From positions 93,040-157,039 of the forward strand of contig JBBQFN010000010.1 of the NCBI GenBank assembly GCA_038321985.1: a DNA stretch of 64,000 bases, in the 5' to 3' direction. This document shows, piece by piece, positions 40,144 to 50,208 of the stretch. The notes under the pieces are model-generated. The model ran no database searches. It was not told the DNA's origin and saw nothing but the letters and a program-made list of their open reading frames with translations. This DNA comes from Cyanophyceae cyanobacterium. Lineage in GTDB: Bacteria; Cyanobacteriota; Cyanobacteriia; Cyanobacteriales; Laspinemataceae. Position 1 is the first letter of the stretch; each line of letters starts with the position of its first letter. Both the position numbers and the translations under genes were made by a program.

Positions 40144-41430
40144 AGCTACAACTGTGCTGGTGTGAACAGGTTAAAAATCATCATTCCGCCTGACATTATG
40201 AGTCAGATAGAGGGTCTAAGTTGATTGATCCAATCAGGATAAATTCAAGGATCCAGTGTAATCCCTTTAGGGAGTATTGCCAAAATTATTGATTGGTAAC
40301 AAAGCAGGCAAATTCCAGAAAACGGGACGTCCTCCTTTAGACTATGCCTAGAGTGCTGTTGTTACTTCCTCCACTTTTTTAGCGTATTTTGAATCCCGAG
40401 GGGTATCGCTGACTATACAACAGATCCACCCCCTGTTACTAGAGGCAGATGCTCAGTAGCAATGAGGGCAAGGAATTCTGGGGAAAATAGCGACAGGGGG
40501 AGTTAAGGAATAAAGCACGCTGTGGGCAATCGGGCAACCCGACCATTCCCTACAAAAAAATTGACCAAATAACAAGTCAAGAGGATATTCAAACCTTACG
40601 ATAGCTTAATTTTTCCGATTGGGGATTACATTATCAAAGAAAATAGGGTCAAGGCGTAGGATTTTTTCGATTGAAAGGGGTTGAAGCATCCGGTTTGGAT
40701 ACTCTAAACTCAACCCTAGGGAGAGTAAATTTCGCCGATCGCGCACAGGCCGGTCCGGGCGGGCGATCGCTCGTTCAGGTTGCTTGCGGGGGAAGCCGTT
40801 TCGCGAATTCCTCCAATTCCAGAGATAATAAAGGGAAGTCCCTCTTCTAGCCTATCAGGGGCAAAGATTTCCCTACCAGGCGTCACTTTAACTGAGGGTT
40901 AGGACGGTTCCCCGGGTTGGGGTCGTGGGTAGATTGTTCCGAAAACTCTCAGAAGAGGGGATGGCGATGAGCCCTGATTAAGACGTTAAAGAAGCGACGC
41001 TAACCGGGCCGGTATGATGCGAGCTTCAGGGGATTATCCCCCAGGTGGAACCGTTGACTCTTACAACAGACTCAGTGTCTAAAAAAGCTCATACAATGGA
41101 AGTTAGATTATCCCCGATGCGAGTTCTTCTTGTACCCCCACCTGGAAAAGCTATCAATTTAACTCCGTTTGATGGGGCAAGTTGTTAATTGAACACAAGG
41201 GGAAAAGGCGGGAACTCAATTAGCCAATTTTAATTTAATTAATGTCAGTTTTAAAAGCGTTTTAGTAAAAGGTAATAAAACATTTTTAGAGTTAAACGCA
41301 ATTATTTAATTCCCATAGGAGGCGGCTACTTAAAAAATTTGCTTTTTTTCCAATTTTTTGTTTTCTTCCGGCACTTATGACTGGGGAAAGTGTGAATTTT
41401 CTAATATCCTAATAAAAGATAAAAAAATAG

Positions 41431-42642
41431 ATGAATAATAGTGAGTGTCAAAGTAATTCTCCTGTGATCCTACTGGTAGATGATGACCGGACAACGCGGA
41501 TGATCCTACGTCATGCGATGCAGAATGAAGGCTATCAAGTGGTAGAGGCGGCTGATGGTATTGAAGGGTTGGAAGTGTACAAGCAGCTCAAACCGGATAT
41601 GGTGCTGCTTGATGCCAAGATGCCTGGGATGGATGGTTTTACCTGCTGTACTCAAATCAACGCGATCGCCGGGGGGTCGGGTATCCCTGTCTTAATGATT
41701 ACCAGCCTGGAAGACGAAGATTCCGTAGATCGGGCATTTGAGGCGGGTGCTACGGATTATATTACAAAACCCATTCATTGGGCGGTGTTGCGACGGCGTG
41801 TTCAGCGGCTTTTACAAGAAAAACAAGCTGAACGAGAAATTATTAAGGCACTCGAACAAGAACGAGAACTTAATGAATTAAGGTCCCGGATTGTCACGAT
41901 GGTCTCCCACGAGTACCGCACTCCTCTGACGGCAATTTTATCTTCAGCAGAATTGCTCGAATGTTATTGGGAGAAATGGGACGAGGAAAAACGGCTCAAG
42001 CATCTCGAACGGATTCAAATAGCGGCGACTCATTTAACTCAATTGGTTTCTGATGTCTTGTCTATCAATGAGGTAGAATCAGGACAGCTTGGGTTTAATC
42101 CAGTTCCCGTCAATCTCGATCTTCTCTGCCACGAAGCGATCGCCCAGTTGCGTCTTTCTCCGGCTTCACCCCATCAAATTATATTGAACTATCACGGCGG
42201 TGATCTGCCTGTCGTTCTTGATGCTAAATTAGTTCAGCAAATGCTGACTAATCTCCTCTCTAATTCTATCAAATATTCTCCTAAAGGGGGAAAAATTGAA
42301 TTAGAAATAATTTACTACGACCGAGCTAGTTTGACCGAAAATCACTCCTTATTCTTGACCGATTCGGAAGTAGAAAATCTCGACTCATCAGTAACTATTT
42401 TTCGGGTAAAAGACCAAGGATTTGGAATCTTACCCCACGAACAAGCCCAAGTTTTCAATGCCTTTCACCGGGGTAGCAATGTCGGGACAATTCAGGGGAC
42501 GGGTTTAGGCTTGGCGATCGCCAAAAAATGTGTCGAATTACATCGCGGGGAAATTTCTATTGATAGCCAAGTGGGCGTAGGCACCACGGTTACAGTCACC
42601 CTCCCTTCCAGGATTGATCCTTTACCGCTTAAAGCCGCTTAA
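41431..42642 (+). CDS. Hybrid receiver-histidine kinase
   Basis: N-terminal REC (LLDAKMP), H-box SHEYRTPL, N-box NLLSNSIKYS, G-boxes DQGFGI and GTGLGL. Confidence 0.95.
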   Translation: MNNSECQSNSPVILLVDDDRTTRMILRHAMQNEGYQVVEAADGIEGLEVYKQLKPDMVLLDAKMPGMDGFTCCTQINAIAGGSGIPVLMITSLEDEDSVDRAFEAGATDYITKPIHWAVLRRRVQRLLQEKQAEREIIKALEQERELNELRSRIVTMVSHEYRTPLTAILSSAELLECYWEKWDEEKRLKHLERIQIAATHLTQLVSDVLSINEVESGQLGFNPVPVNLDLLCHEAIAQLRLSPASPHQIILNYHGGDLPVVLDAKLVQQMLTNLLSNSIKYSPKGGKIELEIIYYDRASLTENHSLFLTDSEVENLDSSVTIFRVKDQGFGILPHEQAQVFNAFHRGSNVGTIQGTGLGLAIAKKCVELHRGEISIDSQVGVGTTVTVTLPSRIDPLPLKAA

Positions 42643-42749
42643 CCATGGAAACCGGAAAGTAGGTCAGAAACTGGGTTTACTACTCCCTTGGAGGCTAAAA
42701 TCAATTAATGTTTTACAGAAACCTGGCTTCTAATAGAAAATACCTTTGT

Positions 42750-42781
42750 AAGGTCAGTTCGGTTTAAACTGAACTGACCTT
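42750..42781. repeat. Near-perfect 32-bp palindrome
   Basis: AAGGTCAGTTCGGTTT|AAACTGAACTGACCTT, 15/16 match. Confidence 0.8.
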
Positions 42782-43315
42782 TTGGAGGGTGAGGCCAGGT
42801 TCTCGGGCAATCCAGGGGAGGATATCTCATTTAATATATCCCATCTAAATCAGTTTGAAAATAGGGTTAAGGAATGGGACAATCCTGCTGCCCTACGGGA
42901 GTCGGAGGCAAAATGCTCTCACGGCCCAAAGAAGGGTCGTAATGCCTTTAGAGTGGCGATCGGCTCTTTCCATACCCTAAATTTGACTTCTTTAAGGTAA
43001 TCTTCCTATTTTTATCACAAGTTACTTGATTTTTATATAAAACTTAATACAATTAAAACAGTCCTTGAAAGCAGGAATTTTTTTCGAGCCTAGTATATCT
43101 GTAACAGGCTAAACCGAGGGCTAACCGCTTAGCGGTACGGAAAATTGGCTAATGCTTTTAGAATGGGAATGTCCAAAGCCCTATCCCCAGGAGATAATCC
43201 AATCAAGCTAGGGGATTAGGTTCAAGAATAATCTCCTAAATTGCCTCAGTCAAAAATCCCTAATTTAAGGATAAGTGGGACCTTTGTTGACCGTTTCATA
43301 AACCTGATCAAAAAG

Positions 43316-43780
43316 ATGAAAATACCTCAAAAAATTATATTAGCGATCGCTTCACTATTCGGTAGCTTTGGCTTAATTCAAACTGTCCGAGCATTGCCGG
43401 GAAGCCAGCTCAACATTGAGATAGAAGGCATCAACAATCCTAGGGGCAATATTTGTTACACAATTTTTTCGCGCAGTGAAGGATTTCCTCGGGATGGAGC
43501 AAAGGCCCTGAAAGCGGAGTGTTCTGCCATTTCTAACCTGCCGGTGACCCTCACCCTAGAGGGGTTAAATGCAGGTAACTATGCCTTGGCAGTATTTCAT
43601 GATGAGAATGCCGATGGAGACCTCAACACGAATGCAGTGGGTATTCCCCTAGAAGGATTTGGATTTTCCAATAATCCCACTATCCTCACAGGTGCTCCTA
43701 AATTTAGCGAGGCTACCTTTTTCGTGGCAGGACAAAATACAACGGTTCCGATTACGATGAAATATTTGCTACGACTATAA
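43316..43780 (+). CDS. DUF2141 family exported protein
   Basis: GNYALAVFHDENADG.L..N..GIPLEGFGFSNNP; signal peptide after ATG 43316. Confidence 0.88.
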   Translation: MKIPQKIILAIASLFGSFGLIQTVRALPGSQLNIEIEGINNPRGNICYTIFSRSEGFPRDGAKALKAECSAISNLPVTLTLEGLNAGNYALAVFHDENADGDLNTNAVGIPLEGFGFSNNPTILTGAPKFSEATFFVAGQNTTVPITMKYLLRL

Positions 43781-44064
43781 ATTTAATTGTAAAATACACG
43801 CAAAAGAAAACCGGGAGAGTGGACCTTACCCCCGAATGTCACTCTTGCGGTTTTGTAGCTGACTGAAGTTACCGATAAATCAAAGGGATAAAAATTCAGT
43901 CACTGCTAAGTTGCCGGTTTCCGTTCCCCTTTGCGAACTGTAAGACCCAAATTGAATTAACAAAGAAGGAATTGCAGGGGTTCGGAGGAACTGGAACCCG
44001 TCTAGAGTAGGGGCATCTTAGGCAAAAGTTAGGAAAAAATCAGCAGTTGTTGGAGGCTAAACTT

Positions 44065-45066
44065 ATGCAGCCAATGTTTAAATGGTTGGGTATTGTGGCA
44101 GTAATGGGAATATCGGCGGTCTCGATGCCGTTACCCGGATTAGCGATACCCGATGATCCCACAGGTGGGATGGATTCAGGACAGGTGACAACCTCTCCAG
44201 ATATTTTAGAACCGCTAGAGGCTCCTGTTACACCTAGGGCAACTCCCCAGAGACCCGCTCCACGTCCTGCATTAACCCCGAGAGCGACTCCGGAAAGAGC
44301 CCAACAACCGGCAATTCCAAGGGTGGAGCAAGGAACGGTGGAGCCAAGACCCCCACAAGGGACGAGTGAGGTAGAGACGTTACTTTCCCAGGGTCAATTT
44401 TTGCTCTCCTCTAAGAAGTATGAAGATGCGCTCAAAACTTATGACAGCGCGATCGATTTGAATTCTAATAATGCAGATGCCTGGATTGGTCGAGGCATGG
44501 TATTAGAGCAGTTGGCGCGGTACGATGATGCGATCGCCGCGATTGACCGAGCCACACAAATTAGTCCGAATTATTCCCTGGCATGGCTGAGTCGGGGGAT
44601 GGTGCTCAAGCAGGCGGAACGATTTGATGATGCTTTGACTGCGTTCGATCGCGCCTTGGAGGGAAATGGACAATGGGGGGACAACCGGGCGGCGGATGCG
44701 GCCCTAAACCGGGGTTCGGTCCTCTGGCAACTTGATCGCCAGGATGAGGCCCTCGCATCGTTTGATCGGGCGATTGAAATGGAACCTCAATTTGCCCTAG
44801 CTTGGTACAACAAAGCAACCGCCCTCCTGATCCTCGGCCAATATGAAAAGGCAGTTAGCGCATACGATAGCGCTATTCAAAGTAACGGCCAGTGGGGATT
44901 ATCAACGGGTCCCGCGAGTGCCTGGTACAATCGAGGTCTGGCATTAGAGCAGTTGGAGCGTTACGAGGACGCGATCGCCTCTTATGACCAAGCCCTCCGA
45001 ATTACTCCCAACCATACGAAGGCAAGACAGCAAATTGCTCGATTGCGTCAGCAATTGCGCCCTTAA
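44065..45066 (+). CDS. Exported TPR protein
   Basis: Signal peptide, Pro-rich linker, about 6 TPRs (AWYNRGLALEQLERYEDAIASYDQAL); GGAGG before ATG 44065. Confidence 0.88.
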   Translation: MQPMFKWLGIVAVMGISAVSMPLPGLAIPDDPTGGMDSGQVTTSPDILEPLEAPVTPRATPQRPAPRPALTPRATPERAQQPAIPRVEQGTVEPRPPQGTSEVETLLSQGQFLLSSKKYEDALKTYDSAIDLNSNNADAWIGRGMVLEQLARYDDAIAAIDRATQISPNYSLAWLSRGMVLKQAERFDDALTAFDRALEGNGQWGDNRAADAALNRGSVLWQLDRQDEALASFDRAIEMEPQFALAWYNKATALLILGQYEKAVSAYDSAIQSNGQWGLSTGPASAWYNRGLALEQLERYEDAIASYDQALRITPNHTKARQQIARLRQQLRP

Positions 45067-45131
45067 TTGAGGGCGTTACTCACCGCAATAACCGGCCGCC
45101 AATCGTTCAAAACCCCGTCGGTTGTTGCAAG

Positions 45132-46637
45132 TTAGGGAAGCCACCCTGGACGGAGGCCCTCAAAAGGTAACTCTTCCGGTTTGTAATCTAAGGGCCGGTT
45201 TGGTGCAGCACTGGGATCCAAGGGCAATAGCCACAGCCGACTTTTGGCGATCGCTTCCCCGGAACTGGTGCGCACCGCATCCACTGGGGCTTGATTGGCT
45301 TGGGGGGCGACGCTGACAATTTGATCGAACAACAGCGCTAATCCATCGGGGGCCAAACTGATATTAATCTCTCGCTGATCCGGTAACAAGACTAGGGGTT
45401 GCAGTTCCCCAGTTTCTAAGTTGATGGCGGCAATATAAGGTTCTTCTTTATAAATTTCCCCTTCCACCAGTTTGGTGAGCAAACAATAGAGGGTCTTCCC
45501 TTGGGGTCCGAATTGGGCGCTCAGAAATGAACCTTTGATTCGGCGCAGTTCTTTCGTGACGCCGGTGGTGGTGACAAGGTACAGCGATCGCGTGTAGTCG
45601 GTATTAAATTTCACCATAGCCGCCGCGCTACCATCGGATGAAAAGCTCAATACTCGCCCAAATTGGGGTAGAAAATCTAGGGGTTCTGCTTTGGGTTCTA
45701 GAGGCAAAATGGCTAATCCCTGTCCCTGAGCGATCGCCACTGCCTGACTATCTGGGGTAATGATAAAATCGCCTCCGGGTTCATTCTCCAGGGGTTTGGC
45801 TTGCTTTCCTTCTTCTATTTTCCATAGCCCAAATTGTCCGGGATCCTCTTTATTGACGCGCTGCACCAGGATGGTTTTCCCATCGGGGGAAAGGTCAAAG
45901 CTCAGGTTTTGATAGTTGTCCGACCCTAATATTCGTTTGATTTGACCCGGTGAATTGTCCCGGCGCTTGGATCTGCCGGGGGTTTCTGGAATGATGCCGG
46001 TGGTGACGCTGTAGAGTCTTTGCTCTAGGAGTCCTTTGTTAGGTGAGATGGAGTCGATCGCGGAAAATAAGAGGCGATCGCCGTCGGGATAAGCTTGGTA
46101 ATCCATCACCGTGATTTCTTTGGGGGTCAGAATCGTTTTTTGGCCTTCGCTCAGGTTGAAGAGGATTAACTGTCCCCGTTCTTCTGGGGAGACTCCGATA
46201 TAGACTAAGCCGCGATCGCGGCTTCTGAATTCCCCTAGATAGGGCTCGATCAAGGTTCCCTGTTTTCCCGGTTGGGCGAAACGCTCCCTGGCACCGCTTA
46301 GCTCCAGTTTAAATTTCATGCCGTAGGGGACCGCTTGGGTGACTGTGTAAGCCATCCGCCGTCCCGCCCAACTGATTTTACCCGGTACTGGCGGTTCGAT
46401 TCGCAGGTTGTCTTCTACGCTTTGGCGGTCCATCGGACGGCTGAAGGACATGATAAAGGCGCGATCGGTGGCGCTGACTTGTTTGTTTTCCCAGGTAAAT
46501 TCCCGCACTCGGGGCGCGGTACTATCGCCTCCAAATAAGAGCAGGGCGATCGCCACAGTCAATACGGCAATCAGGGCGATCGCCGCGCGATCGAGCGGTT
46601 GGGAGAATTTTTTCGGGAGTTGGTCTGCACTGAACAT
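45132..46637 (-). CDS. Membrane-anchored protein with Ig-like (Big_5-type) and TolB/beta-propeller-like regions
   Basis: FSRPMDRQSVE..L.IEP...G..SW Ig-like motif; repeated SPDG/TPDS/SSDG/APDG blades. Confidence 0.75.
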   Translation of the reverse strand: MFSADQLPKKFSQPLDRAAIALIAVLTVAIALLLFGGDSTAPRVREFTWENKQVSATDRAFIMSFSRPMDRQSVEDNLRIEPPVPGKISWAGRRMAYTVTQAVPYGMKFKLELSGARERFAQPGKQGTLIEPYLGEFRSRDRGLVYIGVSPEERGQLILFNLSEGQKTILTPKEITVMDYQAYPDGDRLLFSAIDSISPNKGLLEQRLYSVTTGIIPETPGRSKRRDNSPGQIKRILGSDNYQNLSFDLSPDGKTILVQRVNKEDPGQFGLWKIEEGKQAKPLENEPGGDFIITPDSQAVAIAQGQGLAILPLEPKAEPLDFLPQFGRVLSFSSDGSAAAMVKFNTDYTRSLYLVTTTGVTKELRRIKGSFLSAQFGPQGKTLYCLLTKLVEGEIYKEEPYIAAINLETGELQPLVLLPDQREINISLAPDGLALLFDQIVSVAPQANQAPVDAVRTSSGEAIAKSRLWLLPLDPSAAPNRPLDYKPEELPFEGLRPGWLP

Positions 46638-47084
46638 CGTTTAATGTTAAGAGTTTAAAGTTTAAATTTCAGGGTTTGGCAAGAGGCTTCAAATCCCTGG
46701 ATTGAATGAGTGCCGGTGGGGTTTTGAATTTAATTTCAACGGGTTTAATTTAGCATTCCCCTCTAACTCCCTCCACATTTCTATCTCTACAGTTCCCCCC
46801 GTTCTCCGGCGCACCCTTTATTCGCCTAGTGGCCGATTAGGCTCAGGTACAACCATTTCCGGTTTTGAGTTATTGGATTATTTTATATTATATCGAATTA
46901 TTTTCAACGGCGTACTAATTTTATTTAAAACAAAAAACTATTAAATAAATTATTTTTAAAGGATAATTTTTATTAGAACGGTGATTAATTAAATCAAATT
47001 AATTATTTATTTAATTTAAATAATTAGAGATTTTTGAACACAGAAGCCACCTTAGATATCGGGTTAATGAAGTCCAATCAAGCC

Positions 47085-47135
47085 ATTCGACCGTTCCTAT
47101 AGAGTACAGCAAAGGAACCATAGAGTTAAATCAAT
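47085..47135. promoter_or_regulatory. Possible CcmR/NdhR (LysR) sites upstream of ndhF3
   Basis: ATAG-N8-CAAT (47120-47135) and ATTC-N8-CTAT (47085-47100) against consensus ATAG-N8-CTAT; operon known to be CcmR-regulated in model strains. Confidence 0.35.
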
Positions 47136-47405
47136 GATATCACTCCTTAAAATCAATGGCTCCCCCACAAGGCCCACTAGGCCGCTAAAATCCTTGTCCA
47201 GAAGAGGGTATAAGAATAAATTAGAGAAGAAATTATTAATTGTTTTGGGCTAGCCTCTTCCTTTTGTGGCGGAATAACGATACTGTGATTCAATCAAGAT
47301 TAAGAAAAAATAAATCTGTTCTACACCTGCCTGGTGCGATCCCTAAAACTTTTAGAGAAGCATGAAAGGCATACTGTTCGTTCACACACACATTAGGAAA
47401 TACGG

Positions 47406-49265
47406 ATGGCTGATTTACTTCTGACAACCGTTTGGTTAGTGCCTGGGTATGCCTTACTGGGCGGACTTCTGGCGGGAGCTTGGTCACCAGGAACAATCCG
47501 AAAAACTGGACCAAGACCCTCTGGCTATATTAATTTAGGTCTGACATTTTTAGGATTGGTTCATAGTTTGTTGGCGTTACCGGCAACCTGGAATCAACCG
47601 GCGCAAGAGATATCCTGGACTTGGTTGGATGCTGCCGGGTTAAACCTAACCGTGGATTTAAAAATATCAGCCTTAACGGTTGGGGCAATGGCATTAGTCA
47701 CAGGGTTGAATCTGTTGGCACAGATTTTTGCCGTGGGATATATGGAGATGGACTGGGGTTGGGGTCGCTTCTATTCCATGTTGGGAGTATTTGAAGCAGG
47801 AATATGCGCCTTGATCTTGTGCAATTCCTTATTTTTCAGCTATGTAATTTTAGAAATTCTCACCCTGGGTACTTATTTATTAGTTGGGTTGTGGTTCTCG
47901 CAACCGTTAGTAGTGACGGGTGCGCGAGATGCTTTTTTGACAAAACGGGTGGGAGATTTAGTCCTGTTAATGGGGGTGGTTGCCTTATTACCCTTAGCGG
48001 GAACCTGGAATTTTGATGAATTAGCGCAATGGGCGCAAACTGCTGATTTAGATCCGAAAGTCGCCACGTTGTTGGGGTTAGCGTTAATTGCGGGACCCTT
48101 GGGGAAATGCGCTCAGTTTCCCTTGCATCTGTGGTTGGATGAGGCGATGGAGGGACCAGTTCCCAGTACGATTTTGAGAAATTCCGTGGTGGTGGCGACT
48201 GGGGCCTGGGTATTGATTAAATTACAACCCTTGTTAGCGTTGTCGGAGATTGCCACGACAACGGCGATCTATATCGGGGCGGTAACAGCGGTAGGGGCTT
48301 CGGCGATCGCCATCGCTCAAATTGATATCAAGCGATCGCTCTCTTACTCGGTGAGTGCTTACATGGGTTTAGTGTTTATCGCCGTCGGGACTGGAAATAC
48401 TCAAGCTGCTTTGATGTTGCTCTTTTCTCACGCGGTGGCGATGGCACTTTTGGTGATGTCTACAGGTGGGATTATCTGGAACACAATCACCCAGGACCTG
48501 ACTCAATATGGCGGATTGTGGTCTCGGCGTCCCCTCTCAGGGTTAGCATTTCTCGTTGGAGTTGCCGGTTTGGTGGGGTTTCCGCCGTTTGGTGGATTCT
48601 GGGCATTGCTGAGAATGGCAGAACATCTGTGGCAGAGTCACCCGGATTTAGTCGCAGTGTTGCTGGTGGTAAATGGGTTAACCGCATTTAGTGTGATCCG
48701 CGAGTTTGGATTGATTTTTGGCGGGAAACCAAAACCGATGACCGTCAGATCCCCCGAAGTCCATTGGCCGATGGTCCTACCCATGATCATTTTAATGGGA
48801 TTTACCCTGCACGTTCCCTTAATTTTAATGCAATGGAATCTGCTGCCGGATTGGGCGAACCTGAATTTTTCTCTTGCCGGAACTCTGATTGGATCAACTC
48901 TAATCGGGGGTGGACTGGGGGCGTTCGTCTACATGAGCGATCGCATTTCCAAACCTGTGAAATTTGGTCCGCAGTCGCTTCAAGACTTTTTTGCTTACGA
49001 TTTTTATACAGCTAAACTGTATAAAATAACCATTGTATTTGCCGTCGGCCTGGTATCTCAGGTGGTATTCTGGTTTGACCGCTATATTGTCGATGGATTT
49101 GTCAATTTAGTGGGATTCGTCACGGTATTTAGCGGCCAAAGTTTAAAGTATAATGTTTCCGGACAAACCCAATTTTATGCCCTGACTATTCTGTTCGGCA
49201 TTGCCGTTTTAGGAATTTTACTCGCTTGGCCTCTTTTGGCAAAAATTGTGGTAATGTTTAGCTAA
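47406..49265 (+). CDS. ndhF3: NDH-1 subunit F3 (high-affinity CO2 uptake)
   Basis: GYMEMDWGWGRFY, ARDAFLTKRVGD, GKCAQFPLHLWLDEAMEGP; linked to cupA and cupS. Confidence 0.9.
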   Translation: MADLLLTTVWLVPGYALLGGLLAGAWSPGTIRKTGPRPSGYINLGLTFLGLVHSLLALPATWNQPAQEISWTWLDAAGLNLTVDLKISALTVGAMALVTGLNLLAQIFAVGYMEMDWGWGRFYSMLGVFEAGICALILCNSLFFSYVILEILTLGTYLLVGLWFSQPLVVTGARDAFLTKRVGDLVLLMGVVALLPLAGTWNFDELAQWAQTADLDPKVATLLGLALIAGPLGKCAQFPLHLWLDEAMEGPVPSTILRNSVVVATGAWVLIKLQPLLALSEIATTTAIYIGAVTAVGASAIAIAQIDIKRSLSYSVSAYMGLVFIAVGTGNTQAALMLLFSHAVAMALLVMSTGGIIWNTITQDLTQYGGLWSRRPLSGLAFLVGVAGLVGFPPFGGFWALLRMAEHLWQSHPDLVAVLLVVNGLTAFSVIREFGLIFGGKPKPMTVRSPEVHWPMVLPMIILMGFTLHVPLILMQWNLLPDWANLNFSLAGTLIGSTLIGGGLGAFVYMSDRISKPVKFGPQSLQDFFAYDFYTAKLYKITIVFAVGLVSQVVFWFDRYIVDGFVNLVGFVTVFSGQSLKYNVSGQTQFYALTILFGIAVLGILLAWPLLAKIVVMFS

Positions 49266-49416
49266 ATTCGCTCAAAACTAATGCGATCGGCTATCCAACT
49301 CGGCGGAAAAAAAGCGGCCCTAGCTATACCCCGGGAGTATCGATTGAGGGGTATTTCTCTTCAGTGAATTTTCCCCCCTCCTACTGTATCAACTGACAAT
49401 TTCTGTAGACAAACAC

Positions 49417-50145
49417 GTGAAAAAATCAATCCAATCCACTCAAGTTTCCCGGCGCAGTTTAATCCAGTGGGGGGCACTTGCCCTGGGCACAGGAGCAGTT
49501 ACGGCTACTTTATCCTCCGGTTCTCATGCAGAAGTTCTAACAAATCCTCCCTCTACAGAGGTTCCGGTTGATTTATCCCCGGAGGACTCCTTAACCTTAT
49601 TAATAGAAGGCAATCAACGCTTTGTGACCGAAAAACGCCTAAATCCCCACCAAACTTTGGTCCGAATTAAAGAAATAGCACAAGATCAAACTCCGTTTGC
49701 GGCACTTTTGAGTTGTGCGGATTCGCGAGTCCCGGTTGAAATTATCTTTGATCAGGGATTTGGGGATTTATTTGTGGTCCGGCAAGCAGGAAATTTGGTC
49801 ACCCCCGAGGAAACAGGTAGCTTAGAATTTGGGACGGCTGTTTTAGGTGCAAAGGTAGTTATGGTATTAGGTCATAAACGCTGTGGTGCGGTCCAAGCTG
49901 CGCTTAAGGGGGGTGAATTTCCCGGTCAAATTGGCAGCTTAGTAGCAGCGATCGCTCCGGCACTTGCTAATGTAGCAGGACAGGAAGGTGACCCCCTAGA
50001 GAATGCAGTTAAAGCCAATGTTTCTTGGCAAGTTAGCCAGTTAACACAATCTCCAGTAATTGACAGCTTAATTGCCGAGGAAAAATTAAAAGTAGTAGGC
50101 GGTTATTATGATTTAGACACGGGAAAAGTTGAGTTACTTACTTAA
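49417..50145 (+). CDS. Beta-class carbonic anhydrase with a Tat-like signal peptide (EcaB-like)
   Basis: SRRSLI twin-Arg plus hydrophobic stretch; GNQRF, CADSR and LGHKRCGA Zn ligands. Confidence 0.93.
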   Translation: MKKSIQSTQVSRRSLIQWGALALGTGAVTATLSSGSHAEVLTNPPSTEVPVDLSPEDSLTLLIEGNQRFVTEKRLNPHQTLVRIKEIAQDQTPFAALLSCADSRVPVEIIFDQGFGDLFVVRQAGNLVTPEETGSLEFGTAVLGAKVVMVLGHKRCGAVQAALKGGEFPGQIGSLVAAIAPALANVAGQEGDPLENAVKANVSWQVSQLTQSPVIDSLIAEEKLKVVGGYYDLDTGKVELLT

Positions 50146-50208
50146 AATTCCTTTTCCTTTGTTCTTCCAGGGTTGATTCATTTTTAAGGAGCTACAAAGA
50201 ATAACGCC

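Noticed and set aside
46860..47035. Extremely AT-rich tract as a replication unwinding element
   Set aside because: No DnaA boxes adjacent; more simply the divergent promoter region upstream of ndhF3.
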